64,000 nucleotides of DNA, taken from Phycisphaerae bacterium (GTDB lineage: Bacteria > Planctomycetota > Phycisphaerae > Sedimentisphaerales > Sedimentisphaeraceae). Of this stretch, positions 21,538 through 31,046 are shown one piece after another. The DNA lies in NCBI GenBank assembly GCA_050251615.1, contig JBFWMM010000001.1, positions 88,687 through 152,686 of the forward strand, given 5' to 3'. The translations under genes and the position numbers were made by a program. Position 1 is the stretch's first letter. The number at the start of each line of letters is the position of its first letter. Under the pieces are notes generated by a model. That model was given only the letters and a program-made list of their open reading frames with translations. It did no database searches and was not told the DNA's origin.

Positions 21538-22746
21538 ATGAAACTTAGCAGCATTCCTGACATATTGGAAGACTTGAAACAGGGCAAGATGATTGTCCTT
21601 GTCGATGATGAGCATAGAGAAAACGAAGGCGATCTCGTATGCGCCGCGGAGCTGACCACCGCGCAGCACGTTAACTTTATGGTTACTTACGGCAGGGGAC
21701 TTGTCTGTGTGCCTTTGGAGGCGGATACCTGTGAGCGGCTTTCTCTGCACCCTCAGACGCCTGTAAACACGGCTCAGCTTGCCACGGCTTTTACTGTAAG
21801 CGTGGATGCGGCCGAAGGGATTACGACGGGCGTCAGTGCGGAAGACCGTGCAAAGACGATTCGTCTTCTCGCCGCAGATACCACAGAATCCTACGACCTT
21901 GCACGTCCGGGTCATATTTTCCCTCTACGGGCCCGTGATGGCGGCGTTCTTACGCGCGAAGGGCAGACGGAAGGCTCCATAGACCTTATGAAACTTGCCG
22001 GCCTGAAGCCCGCAGGCGTTATCTGCGAGATAATGAACGACGACGGCACAATGATGAGAATGCCGGATCTGGAAAAGTACTGTGCACATTTCGGGCTCAA
22101 GATGACTTCCATAGAGAAGATTATCGAGTATCGAATGCTCCGCGAAATACAGGTGCGCAGGATACAGAAGGTGTCCATGCCGACCGATTTCGGCCATTTC
22201 GACCTCATTGGATACGAAAGCCCTGAGACGAATGAACCGCATCTGGCGCTTGTTAAAGGTGATATTTCCGGCGATGACCCTGTGCTGGTGCGCATGCATT
22301 CCGAATGCCTGACAGGCGACCTTTTCCACTCTCAGAGATGTGAGTGCGGCAAGCAGCTTGAAGCATCAATGAAGATGATAGAGAAGGAAGGGCGCGGTCT
22401 GCTCGTCTATCTGAGGCAGGAGGGGCGCGGTATCGGCCTGGCAAATAAGCTCAAGGCGTACAAGCTCCAGGAAGACGGCTCGGATACCTATGATGCCAAT
22501 GTGGCGCTGGGGTTTGCGCCGGATAAGCGAGATTATGGCATCGGTGCGCAGATTCTGCGCGACCTTGGCGTAACGAGGGTGCGGATTCTAACCAACAACC
22601 CGAAGAAGGTCGAGCGGTTGCGTGCATACGGCATTGAGGTTGTCGAGCAGCTCCCGATCGAGATGGAGACTTGTGAACATAACATAAACTATATGCGTAC
22701 AAAAAAACACAGGTTCGGTCATCTCTTGAAAAGTGAGGATTTATAA
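21538..22746 (+). CDS. ribBA: Bifunctional DHBP synthase / GTP cyclohydrolase II
   Basis: DDEHRENEGD, RPGHIFPL, VRMHSECLTGD, RCECG, RQEGRGIG and TNNP motifs. Confidence 0.95.
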   Translation: MKLSSIPDILEDLKQGKMIVLVDDEHRENEGDLVCAAELTTAQHVNFMVTYGRGLVCVPLEADTCERLSLHPQTPVNTAQLATAFTVSVDAAEGITTGVSAEDRAKTIRLLAADTTESYDLARPGHIFPLRARDGGVLTREGQTEGSIDLMKLAGLKPAGVICEIMNDDGTMMRMPDLEKYCAHFGLKMTSIEKIIEYRMLREIQVRRIQKVSMPTDFGHFDLIGYESPETNEPHLALVKGDISGDDPVLVRMHSECLTGDLFHSQRCECGKQLEASMKMIEKEGRGLLVYLRQEGRGIGLANKLKAYKLQEDGSDTYDANVALGFAPDKRDYGIGAQILRDLGVTRVRILTNNPKKVERLRAYGIEVVEQLPIEMETCEHNINYMRTKKHRFGHLLKSEDL

Positions 22747-23248
22747 TTTGAAAACACTGTCAGCTTTGCTTGCTCTTGTTTTTGCAGTCTCCGGTTGCGG
22801 TGGCCCCGCTGTGTCTTCAGGCTCCGTGCGCAACGTCCGGTTTGAGGGCTTCGCACCCGCAGGCATATATATAAGCCCGCTTACGAAGGTTGAGGCTGTT
22901 TCCGGCGGCTACAACGTGCGTATGTATGTCGAGCTGACCGATTCGTACAAGTCGAGAATCAAGTACCCGGGTCGTATGCGTGTTGAGCTGTTTGATAAGA
23001 AGCCTCAATCTGCCGCAGGACGTGGGGAGCGGATTTATATGTGGGACGAGCTCGACCTCACAAGACCCTCAGAGAATAATAAGCTCTGGCGCGATTCGCT
23101 TCGTTCATACGAGCTGAATCTGCTCGTTCCCGCCGATCGCGTAACGCCGGGCGAACACATCACTGAAGTTTCGTTGATCTCAAATGCGGGCATCATAAGC
23201 AACAGTATTGTTTTGAATTTCGGGCAAAGTGAACAGCCTGCCGGATGA
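22733..23248 (+). CDS. Hypothetical lipoprotein
   Basis: VSG-C lipobox; overlaps the ribBA stop and the ECF sigma start. Confidence 0.65.
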   Translation: MRIYNLKTLSALLALVFAVSGCGGPAVSSGSVRNVRFEGFAPAGIYISPLTKVEAVSGGYNVRMYVELTDSYKSRIKYPGRMRVELFDKKPQSAAGRGERIYMWDELDLTRPSENNKLWRDSLRSYELNLLVPADRVTPGEHITEVSLISNAGIISNSIVLNFGQSEQPAG

Positions 23249-23807
23249 ACAGCTTTTGAAGCTTTACCGCTCAGGCGATTCCTCAGCGCTCGGCGTTCTG
23301 CTTGAGCGCTACCAGTCCAGGCTCTACAACTCCATACTCAGGATTTGCAAAAATCATGATGACGCCATGGAACTTTCCGCCGATGCGTTTGTCAAAGCTA
23401 TTGAGAACGTTGAAAGGTTCGAGCAGGCCAGTGGGTTTTACACATGGCTGTTCAGGATCGGCGTAAACGGTGCGCTTAATTTTGTGCGCAGGAAAAGCCG
23501 TTTCAAGTTTTTTTCCTTTGACGGCTTCACTGATGCGGAGCAGAGCGGGGTGTATGAGCCCGGCTCCGCAGCTCCCGGCCCTGCAGAGGATATCGAGCGC
23601 AAGGAGCGTGAAACGCTCCTGACCGAAGCACTCGGCAGGCTTGAGCCCAATCACAGGACTGTCATTGTTCTCCGCGATATTGAGCAAATGAGTTACGAAG
23701 AAATTGCGGCAGTGCTTTCCATAAGCCTCGGGACGGTTAAAAGCCGTCTGTTCAGGGCGAGGGAGGCGCTGAGGAATGAGTTGCGGGACTATTATGAAAA
23801 TGACTGA
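23229..23807 (+). CDS. ECF sigma factor (sigma-70 group 4)
   Basis: Region 2 FYTWLFRIGVN; region 4 SYEEIAAVL..SLGTVKSRLFRAR. Confidence 0.9.
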   Translation: MNSLPDEQLLKLYRSGDSSALGVLLERYQSRLYNSILRICKNHDDAMELSADAFVKAIENVERFEQASGFYTWLFRIGVNGALNFVRRKSRFKFFSFDGFTDAEQSGVYEPGSAAPGPAEDIERKERETLLTEALGRLEPNHRTVIVLRDIEQMSYEEIAAVLSISLGTVKSRLFRAREALRNELRDYYEND

Positions 23808-24726
23808 CAAGAACATAGAGCAGATTGTTGAGTATGTTGACGGTTGCGCGAGCGCCGAGAAAACTGCTCAGATCGAGGAGATGATGCGTTGCGATGAGGC
23901 TCTCGCCGTCACGGTGCGAAGGCATTCCGAGCTTAAAGAGATGCTTACATCTCTTCCTGTTCAGAGCTGCGGTTCGGAGCTCGGCGATAAAGTTCGTGCC
24001 AGGCTCCACTCCCGCGGGCGCAACTTCCGGCGCATGAACAAACTTCATCGCTTTGCGGCCGGTCTTATTCTCGCGGCTTGCTTGGGCGCGGTTGTTTCAA
24101 TGGTTTATTTCGACGGTAGCCCCGAAGAGAAGACCCCCGTTCTCGCTATGGTTGCCGAGGTGCAGCCCGTTCAATTTGACACTTACCGCCAGACCGAAGC
24201 GGCTCCTGTGAAAAAGGCTGTTATTATGGCTCCGCGGCGGGAGAGAGATGTGGCGATGAGGTCGGTTGTGATTTCGGTGAAGGTGGAAGACAGAGCTACC
24301 GCGGAAAAACGCCTCACCCAGGCGCTGTATAATCATTCACTGCTCGGTTCTCTGACTCTCACACGAAATGAGACGAGTTCCGGTTATCATTTCCCTGTCA
24401 GCGGTTCGTCGCTTGCCTCTCTTGCGCGAGAGATTTCCCCAATTCTTACAGGCAACGACAATCACATCACAATAACCGATTATTCCAACGCGTGCAACTT
24501 CGAGCTTGACAACATCAAGGGCGACCAGATCGTAAGCGTTTTCACAGCCAATAAACGTGGCGACACAGCGCTTGCTCTCGCGGCGGCTCAGGTTGAGAAT
24601 TCCATCGCTGCCGGCCTTACGCCCGAGGAGCTTGCAATAACGCAGCCCGTTCTTGCCGCAACACCCTGCGAACCCGCCGATAATTTCGGCACCGTGAGCG
24701 TTTTTATCGAAATCAGCTCTCAGTAG
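23794..24726 (+). CDS. Membrane-anchored anti-sigma factor (putative)
   Basis: Overlaps the ECF gene; N-terminal YVDG helical ASD-like segment without a ZAS motif, one TM, periplasmic domain. Confidence 0.65.
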   Translation: MKMTDKNIEQIVEYVDGCASAEKTAQIEEMMRCDEALAVTVRRHSELKEMLTSLPVQSCGSELGDKVRARLHSRGRNFRRMNKLHRFAAGLILAACLGAVVSMVYFDGSPEEKTPVLAMVAEVQPVQFDTYRQTEAAPVKKAVIMAPRRERDVAMRSVVISVKVEDRATAEKRLTQALYNHSLLGSLTLTRNETSSGYHFPVSGSSLASLAREISPILTGNDNHITITDYSNACNFELDNIKGDQIVSVFTANKRGDTALALAAAQVENSIAAGLTPEELAITQPVLAATPCEPADNFGTVSVFIEISSQ

Positions 24727-24880
24727 TCCTCATTCAGGACGCCTGATTTCTCCTGCATCGGCCTGCATTTGCGCAGGCGGTTATTCCTCGCCACCATTCT
24801 ATACGGCTCCGCTTACTTACGCGCGCAGCTTGGATTGTCGGTTTGGCTTCTCTTGTATTACGCCTCAAAGCAAAAACGAA

Positions 24881-24912
24881 AAAAGCCGACGGCTGTTAAA
24901 CCATCGGCTTTT
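24881..24912. terminator. Bidirectional terminator
   Basis: AAAAGCCGACGG-loop-CCATCGGCTTTT. Confidence 0.75.
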
Positions 24913-24934
24913 AATTTCTGTTCCGTATGACAGG

Positions 24935-25291
24935 TTATGCTTCGATGCTGTCAATGACAACCTGAAGGTATTTCTGCCTGTGGCCGACTCTCTTGCGGCT
25001 GTTTTTGCGCTTGCGGAAAAATGCGGGGAAAACCTTCCTGCCTTTAAATACGGCAGTCTTATCGGCTTCGCCCTCTTCGTTTGTTGTCTCGAAGATCTTA
25101 ACCTTCGCGGTTATCTTCGCGCCATCGATGTAAGGCTTGCCAACCTTGACTTCCTGTCCATCGCTGACTAAAAGCACTTTGTCCATCTCTACAACTTCAA
25201 CGCCGTCTGCGAGGTCAACGAGTTCAATGTTAATCACGTCGCCCTGAGACACCTTATATTGCTTTCCACCCTGTTCAACTATAGCGTACAT
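24935..25291 (-). CDS. rplU: 50S ribosomal protein L21
   Basis: MYAIVEQGGKQYKV ... RKRKNSRKRVGHRQ. Confidence 0.95.
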   Translation of the reverse strand: MYAIVEQGGKQYKVSQGDVINIELVDLADGVEVVEMDKVLLVSDGQEVKVGKPYIDGAKITAKVKIFETTNEEGEADKTAVFKGRKVFPAFFRKRKNSRKRVGHRQKYLQVVIDSIEA

Positions 25292-25335
25292 ATTTGTTAT
25301 CTCACCTTTTTTTCAAGTTAGTAATAGAACGCCGT

Positions 25336-25363
25336 ATGATATGGATTTTGAGTCTGCTGTAAA
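25336..25363 (-). promoter_or_regulatory. Possible sigma70 promoter for rplU
   Basis: Minus strand TTTACA-N16-TATCAT. Confidence 0.35.
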
Positions 25364-25563
25364 GCCAAAACTTGCAAAAATCAGCTTCTTGCAGGCATTT
25401 TACTTCTCTTTTGCGCCGCAGATCGCGTTTTCAGTTGCCCGCGGCCGAAATTTCCGTATTCGCGGCGAAGCTCAGCCGGCATTCGCAATATCGGCAGCGA
25501 TACAACCATCTCCGGCTGCGTTGTGATTAGCGGATTGTCGCATTTGCCGTGCGGTATGTAACG

Positions 25564-26547
25564 TTACAACTGCTTCTTCAGCTCAGCGAGAAGTTTTTCC
25601 TTCGCCTCATTCATCGGGCAGGTAAGTGTAACGCCCGCTGCGAGGTCGTGCCCGCCGCCTCCAAGTGCTTCGGCTATCTCGCGCACGATTACAGGCCCTT
25701 CGCTGCGCAGCGAGCATCGGATTTCGCCGCCTTGCCGTTCGGTGAGCATCATCGCGACCTTTATCCCTGTCAGAGCCTGCAATTTATTCACGAGTCCTTC
25801 GGTATCTGTGCCGCGAGCTCCGGTATCGGTGAAGTCGGAGTAATTCAGGCAACCGACAACTGTACTGTCAAAATAAATCTCTGCCGAATCGAGCAGGCGG
25901 CCGGAGAGTTTGAGCTTGGCAAAGCTGTCCTGCTCATATATCCGCTTGTAAACCTCTCGCGTATCCACGCCCATAGCTACCAGCACCCCCGCGATTTTGT
26001 ACGCATCTTTCAAACGGCTGCCGTAGCGGAACCAGCCGGTGTCTGTGGCGATGGAAGCGAACAGGGCGGTTGCGATGGAGATGTCAAATTCGGCATCGAT
26101 GGATTTAAGAAAGCGGAACAGTATTATTCCCGTAGCTGCGGCGGTTTTGTCTATTACGCGCACATCGCCGAAGTTGCGTTGGGTGTTGTGGTGGTCGAAC
26201 ACGATACACTTCCTTCCCTCGAAGAGCGGCTCAAGCCCATCGGTTCTGTCAGGGTGGCCGGCGTCTGCGAGTATAATAAGCTCCGCGTTCTTCCACGGAG
26301 CGCTCTTGTGAAGCTCAGGGTCGCCATGGTGCATAACTACAGGCTTATCGCTCTCAAAGAGCATATCAATCCATGGGTCGTAATTCCCCATAACGATGGG
26401 CAGCGGCTCCTTGCCGAGTTTACGCAGGGCGCGGCAGAGAACGCTTATGCTTCCGCAAGCGTCGCCGTCAGGGCGGCTATGCGCGGTTACGATAATAGAC
26501 TTGGCGTCCTTTATCAGGTTTAATGCTTTACTGTATTTTTTTTGCAT
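25564..26547 (-). CDS. DHH/DHHA1 phosphoesterase (NrnA-like)
   Basis: HSRPDGDACGS, FDHH, ATDTGWF and GGGH motifs. Start moved to ATG 26547 (327 aa). Confidence 0.88.
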   Translation of the reverse strand: MQKKYSKALNLIKDAKSIIVTAHSRPDGDACGSISVLCRALRKLGKEPLPIVMGNYDPWIDMLFESDKPVVMHHGDPELHKSAPWKNAELIILADAGHPDRTDGLEPLFEGRKCIVFDHHNTQRNFGDVRVIDKTAAATGIILFRFLKSIDAEFDISIATALFASIATDTGWFRYGSRLKDAYKIAGVLVAMGVDTREVYKRIYEQDSFAKLKLSGRLLDSAEIYFDSTVVGCLNYSDFTDTGARGTDTEGLVNKLQALTGIKVAMMLTERQGGEIRCSLRSEGPVIVREIAEALGGGGHDLAAGVTLTCPMNEAKEKLLAELKKQL

Positions 26548-26858
26548 AGATTTAAGTTCCCCGTAAAGTCCTTGCAGTATATAGCGGCGGCTCGTACGGT
26601 CAACCAAAATCGATTTTTGATGTGATTTTTGCGAAAATGAAGCAAATTGCCTTGCAAATAGGGCTCGGCTTGCTAAGATAATCGGTTCGTATAATGGTTT
26701 GCCTGCGTAAGGCGTACGCGGTTCGGCAGCCTCAGGCGAGAGCAACTTATTCCACAGAATTGCTCTAAGCTTGTTGAGCTGTTCCTTTTTAGCCCGTTCA
26801 ACTATCAAGGCCGCCGCTCGATGCGGGAAAATTTTTAACTTGTGGAGAAAGCATAATA

Positions 26859-27287
26859 ATGAAAAGTTTCATGGCAAAAAAAGGCCAGGTAGAGCAAAAA
26901 TGGCTCCTGGTTGACGCTACCGACATGGTACTCGGTCGTCTGGCGGTATCTGTTGCTACTATCCTTATGGGTAAGCACAAGCCGACATACACCCCCCATG
27001 TTGATACGGGCGATTACGTTATTATCGTAAACGCGGACAAGATCAAAGTTACCGGTAAAAAAGCTGACCAGAAGTTCTACGACTACTACACCCGCTATCC
27101 AGGCGGACGTAAGGTTGTGTCGTTCAAGGAAATGATGGAGAAGAAGCCGGAACAGGTTGTAAGACTGGCAGTAAAGCGCATGCTTCCGAAGACGAAGATG
27201 GGCGATGCCATGCTTGGCAAGCTTAAAATCTACAGTGGCCCCGAGCACCAGCAGGTTGCTCAGATGCCCGAGAAAATTGAACTGTAA
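26859..27287 (+). CDS. rplM: 50S ribosomal protein L13
   Basis: LGRLA, GKHKPTYTPHVDTGD, YTRYPGG. Confidence 0.97.
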   Translation: MKSFMAKKGQVEQKWLLVDATDMVLGRLAVSVATILMGKHKPTYTPHVDTGDYVIIVNADKIKVTGKKADQKFYDYYTRYPGGRKVVSFKEMMEKKPEQVVRLAVKRMLPKTKMGDAMLGKLKIYSGPEHQQVAQMPEKIEL

Positions 27288-27304
27288 TTGAAGGGTTTAG
27301 AAGA

Positions 27305-27790
27305 ATGACAGAAACAACTCAAACCCCGCTTATCGACCCGGCAGCAGTCGGCATTCAGACAGAAGCAGTTTCCACCGGCCCCAAGGCAACCCCCGACAAG
27401 GGCGGTTTTATCTGGGGAGTGGGCAGGCGCAAAAGCTCAGTAGCACGCGTCCGCATCAAACCCGGCAAAGGCGAGCTTAAAGTCAACGGTAAAGAGCTCA
27501 ACGAGTACTTCAAGCTTGAGCAGGACCAGGAGGCGGTTGTCGCTCCCCTGAAGACCTGCAATGTATTGAAGAACTTTGATGTGTTCGTAAACGTTAATGG
27601 CGGCGGCACAACCGGCCAGGCAGGCGCTACGCTTCTCGGCGTTGCAAGAGCTTTGGTTAACTACGATGAAGCGGGCTTCAGTAAGGAACTGCGCGAGGCA
27701 GGTCTGCTTACACGCGACGGCCGCATGAAAGAGCGTAAGAAACCGGGCCAGAGGGGCGCAAGAAGGAAGTTCCAGTTCTCCAAACGTTAA
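27305..27790 (+). CDS. rpsI: 30S ribosomal protein S9 with N-terminal extension
   Basis: GRRKSSVARV, GGGTTGQAGA, ERKKPG..ARRKFQFSKR. Confidence 0.97.
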   Translation: MTETTQTPLIDPAAVGIQTEAVSTGPKATPDKGGFIWGVGRRKSSVARVRIKPGKGELKVNGKELNEYFKLEQDQEAVVAPLKTCNVLKNFDVFVNVNGGGTTGQAGATLLGVARALVNYDEAGFSKELREAGLLTRDGRMKERKKPGQRGARRKFQFSKR

Positions 27791-27819
27791 CAGGGTTCCA
27801 CCTCTCAAACGAGACATAC

Positions 27820-27856
27820 AAAACCGCGCCGGCATAATATCGGTGCGGTTTTTTTA
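27820..27856 (+). terminator. Intrinsic terminator after rpsI
   Basis: AAAACCGCGCCG-loop-CGGTGCGGTTTTTTT. Confidence 0.8.
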
Positions 27857-27991
27857 TTGCAACGCCTGAACCTCCCTTATTGCTGGGGGGGGGCGAAACC
27901 AAATCTGAACTGTACATCGCACGGCTTATGCCGTTGCGCTGTTTGCCGATTTGATATCTCCTGCGTCGGATTGATTTGACGCTACCGTTTC

Positions 27992-28015
27992 GGGCGTGAT
28001 GAATCACGCCCCTAC
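27992..28015 (-). repeat. GTAG-type REP-like palindrome
   Basis: Minus strand GTAGGGGCGTGATTCATCACGCCC: GTAG followed by a GGGCGTGAT/ATCACGCCC stem. Confidence 0.6.
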
Positions 28016-28041
28016 GGCGGCGAATCGCGGTTCCCCTGCGA

Positions 28042-28896
28042 TTACCTGCGTGCGGGCAACGTCTTGTACCAGACGTTCATATCCTCGAAGCTGCCGCCGA
28101 TCTGTGTATTGCGGATGAGTCTGCCGCCGAACTCATAACCTTGCGTAGCGAAGGTGATATTCATTCCGAATGATGCCGCGCGAGCTATCGTGTATGCTGT
28201 TATGATGCCTTTTGCCTGCACAACCTCTTCCATCTGGGCAAGAAGCACGCTTGCAAGCGATTGGCCACGAGCCTCGGGTAGCGTGGCAAAATCTGTCATC
28301 TCGGCGTTTTTCAGCTCATTGTCAACCTCGGCCGAGGAGAGTGCGATGAGCTTGCCGTCCGCATTTCGGACGCCGAAATAATACACGTTGTCTGCCATGG
28401 TTTCCCTTATGTATGCAGGGTCAAAAATAGGGAACGGGTAGCTGTCAAAGACTACATCATAGATTCTGGCCATCGCTTCTGCGTCATCGGGAGTGCACTT
28501 AGATATGTTGAATCCCTCCGGCAGCTCCGCAGCGGGCTTATTCTGCGCCTGCTTCTCCCTGCACGCCTTCATTACGTCTTCGTTGGCCTGCGGGCTGGCG
28601 CTCTTGTGTCTCTCATCGCTCAGATAGTACCCGAGCAGCTTTGCGGCCATATGCCCCTTGTAGAAGCCTGGAATCCTCGCCTCATCCTCAAAGCCGGCGT
28701 GTCTGAAGGCCTGTGCATAGTCTGCGGGAACCTTCACAAAGACTTTGGAGTATCCCTTTGCTTCGGCGAGTTTTATCAGCTCCGCCGGCACGCCTTCACT
28801 GCCTACCAGATTGAATTTCATAAGGTATATGCGGTCGTTGGATTTTCCGTGCTGGATTGTCTGATTGTGAAAGATTTCGATTGTATCAGGACTCAT
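28042..28896 (-). CDS. ablB: Beta-lysine N-acetyltransferase (GNAT)
   Basis: QHGKSNDRIYLMK, AEMTDFATLPEARG, AYTIARA.S.GMN, G.L..NTQIGG.FEDMNVWYK; in an operon with a lysine 2,3-aminomutase gene. Confidence 0.85.
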   Translation of the reverse strand: MSPDTIEIFHNQTIQHGKSNDRIYLMKFNLVGSEGVPAELIKLAEAKGYSKVFVKVPADYAQAFRHAGFEDEARIPGFYKGHMAAKLLGYYLSDERHKSASPQANEDVMKACREKQAQNKPAAELPEGFNISKCTPDDAEAMARIYDVVFDSYPFPIFDPAYIRETMADNVYYFGVRNADGKLIALSSAEVDNELKNAEMTDFATLPEARGQSLASVLLAQMEEVVQAKGIITAYTIARAASFGMNITFATQGYEFGGRLIRNTQIGGSFEDMNVWYKTLPARR

Positions 28897-28911
28897 TGTA
28901 GTGTTTAACCT

Positions 28912-29598
28912 CTATTCTGTTTGCTCTAAAATGATTCTGTCTATATTTCCGGTTGTTTTAATTACGCCTTCCTCCAGGAAGACTCCGTGTGTTGCCGTCT
29001 GCTTTGCAAATGCAAGGTCGTGTGTTACTATAACAAATTTAGTTTCGCCTTGAAGCTCCGAAAGCCACGAGGCAAAGTCTGTAGTTGTTCGGGCGTCAAG
29101 GGCGCTTGTTGGCTCATCGAGGAGCATATAACGCGGCTGTAGCATCAGCCCACGGGCAATCGCAACCCTTTGCGCCTGTCCGCCGCTTATCTGAGCAGGA
29201 TACCTTTCGGCGAGCTCAGCAATCGAAAGTTTTTCAAGCATAGCTTCCGCATTCTCTCTCGCGGCCGAAGGGTTGCTGCCGAGCGCTTTAATTGGCGCAA
29301 GTGTCATATTGTCCATAACCGTCAGATGTGGAAACAGATTGAGCTTCTGAAATACAACGCCCAGTTTCGTGCGAAACTCCTTTTTGGCAATCAGAGCCGA
29401 ATCTTCGCCATCAATAAAGATCTTTCCACTTGATGGTGTAAGAAATCTTGCGATACAGTTCAGCAGGGTGGTTTTTCCCGAACCGCTTTGGCCGAGAATT
29501 GCGGATATATGGTCTTGAGCCAGTTTTACACTGATATTGTCCAGTGCATTCTGCTTAGAGCCTCGATATCTATAGCAAAGGTTTTGTATTTCTATCAC
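28912..29598 (-). CDS. Polar amino acid ABC transporter ATP-binding protein
   Basis: Walker A GQSGSGKT, VFQKLNLFPHLT, ISGGQ, LLDEPT and VTHD; GTGA overlap with the upstream gene. Confidence 0.9.
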   Translation of the reverse strand: MIEIQNLCYRYRGSKQNALDNISVKLAQDHISAILGQSGSGKTTLLNCIARFLTPSSGKIFIDGEDSALIAKKEFRTKLGVVFQKLNLFPHLTVMDNMTLAPIKALGSNPSAARENAEAMLEKLSIAELAERYPAQISGGQAQRVAIARGLMLQPRYMLLDEPTSALDARTTTDFASWLSELQGETKFVIVTHDLAFAKQTATHGVFLEEGVIKTTGNIDRIILEQTE

Positions 29599-31046
29599 TG
29601 GCTGAATCCCCTCGAGCGAATCTTATTTTCTAAAGACGCGGCAAGTTTCATAAGCGGGAACGTAACTACGAAAAACATCACTGCTACAATGAAGTAAAAC
29701 CGACCCGGCTCAAATGTAACCGATATGATTGCCTGCGCTTCACGTATAACTTCGGAAACCGAAATCACAGCTACAAGGGCCGTGTCCTTAGTAAGCGCTA
29801 CGACCGAATTCATAAGCGGGGGCAAAGCTATGCGAAACGCCTGCGGCCAGACAACATACCTGAATACCTGATAGTGCGAAAGGCTCAGCGCACGGCCGGC
29901 AAGAATCTGGCCTCTGTCAACGCTCATCAATCCCGAGCGAATGACCTCAGCCATATATGCCATGGAATTTACGCCGAGTGTGCCTATTGCGGCTGCGTAC
30001 GGAGAGAGGCCGAGCCCCATCCATGCGAACAGCAATTGTATGAGCACGGGCGTTCCGCGCAGGAAATCGACGATTGTGCGAACCGGCCAGTAAGCCAGCT
30101 TCCACGCACCCTCGGCGTGGTTGAGGATAATTGCGCAAGGCACGGCGAAAACGAAGCCGACCAGAAGCGAAGATGCGGCTATGAGCAGGGTTACCGCAAA
30201 ACCTGAAGCAAGCTTTCTGACTATAACAGATGCAGGTAAGCCGTCTGAGGTACCGTCAGCGGGGGAAGAGGTGATGCCGAAGTATCTACCCCGTATTTTC
30301 TGCATTGTACCGTCAGCGCGCATCTGCCGCAAGGCGCCATTTATCTGCGAGAGCAGGGCGTTGTCTTCCTTGCGTACGGGGATGGCAATATCTTCGCTGT
30401 AGAGCAATTCGCCTACCGGAACGAACGGTCTCTGTGCGCTTTTGATCTGCCACAAGCCTACAAGCTTGTCCGATACAAACCCGTCAATACGCATTGATTT
30501 GAGCAGGTCAAATATCTCCACGCTTGATTTCAGCGTTACAACATCAATCTCAGGGTGCTTCTCGTCGAGATAATGCTGGTACGTTTCGCCGAGCACCGCG
30601 GCTATTCTTTTGCCGCCGCATTCGTTAATATCGTAGAGACGAGAGGGGTTTTCCCTGTGAACGAAGAGCTGCGCACCGGAGCGGTAATAAGGCTCCGAAA
30701 AGTTTACTACCTCAGCGCGTTCCGGTGTAATCGCCATCGAACTGACAATCGCATCGTACTTGCCCGCAAGCAATCCGGCCAGAATGCCGTCCCACTCTGT
30801 CGAGGTGATCTGTGGCTCGCGATTGATTCGCTTTGCAATCTCGCGAGAAACGTCCACATCGAAACCGGCAAGCTCACCGGTGTTGTCGTAAAAGCTGAAC
30901 GGAGGGTATTTCCCCGTCAAAGCTATGCGAAGCGGTAGCCCTTCTACGGCCTGGTCTGCTTCTGCCGCGGTTGCAGATATTGCCGGCAAAAGCAGGAAGC
31001 AGATTACAGTAAAAGGCAGCGTAAAGAGTGTTTTTTTAAGCGTCAT
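29595..31046 (-). CDS. Fused polar amino acid ABC substrate-binding protein plus permease
   Basis: Signal peptide; family-3 SBP (YPPFSF, GFDVDV, ITPER..FSEPYY); permease ([19 protein letters not shown]). Start at ATG 31046 overlaps the ablA stop. Confidence 0.88.
   Translation of the reverse strand: MTLKKTLFTLPFTVICFLLLPAISATAAEADQAVEGLPLRIALTGKYPPFSFYDNTGELAGFDVDVSREIAKRINREPQITSTEWDGILAGLLAGKYDAIVSSMAITPERAEVVNFSEPYYRSGAQLFVHRENPSRLYDINECGGKRIAAVLGETYQHYLDEKHPEIDVVTLKSSVEIFDLLKSMRIDGFVSDKLVGLWQIKSAQRPFVPVGELLYSEDIAIPVRKEDNALLSQINGALRQMRADGTMQKIRGRYFGITSSPADGTSDGLPASVIVRKLASGFAVTLLIAASSLLVGFVFAVPCAIILNHAEGAWKLAYWPVRTIVDFLRGTPVLIQLLFAWMGLGLSPYAAAIGTLGVNSMAYMAEVIRSGLMSVDRGQILAGRALSLSHYQVFRYVVWPQAFRIALPPLMNSVVALTKDTALVAVISVSEVIREAQAIISVTFEPGRFYFIVAVMFFVVTFPLMKLAASLENKIRSRGFSQ

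Noticed and set aside
25549-26523. 324-aa plus-strand ORF
   Set aside because: Fully antisense to the DHH phosphoesterase, with no recognisable domain.
26548-26808. N-terminal extension of the DHH protein in the ORF track
   Set aside because: Reads like promoter-region sequence; the ATG at 26547 with an RBS gives the normal ~327-aa size.
27885-27893. G9 homopolymer as a phase-variation tract
   Set aside because: It lies between two convergent gene ends, not in a coding region or promoter.
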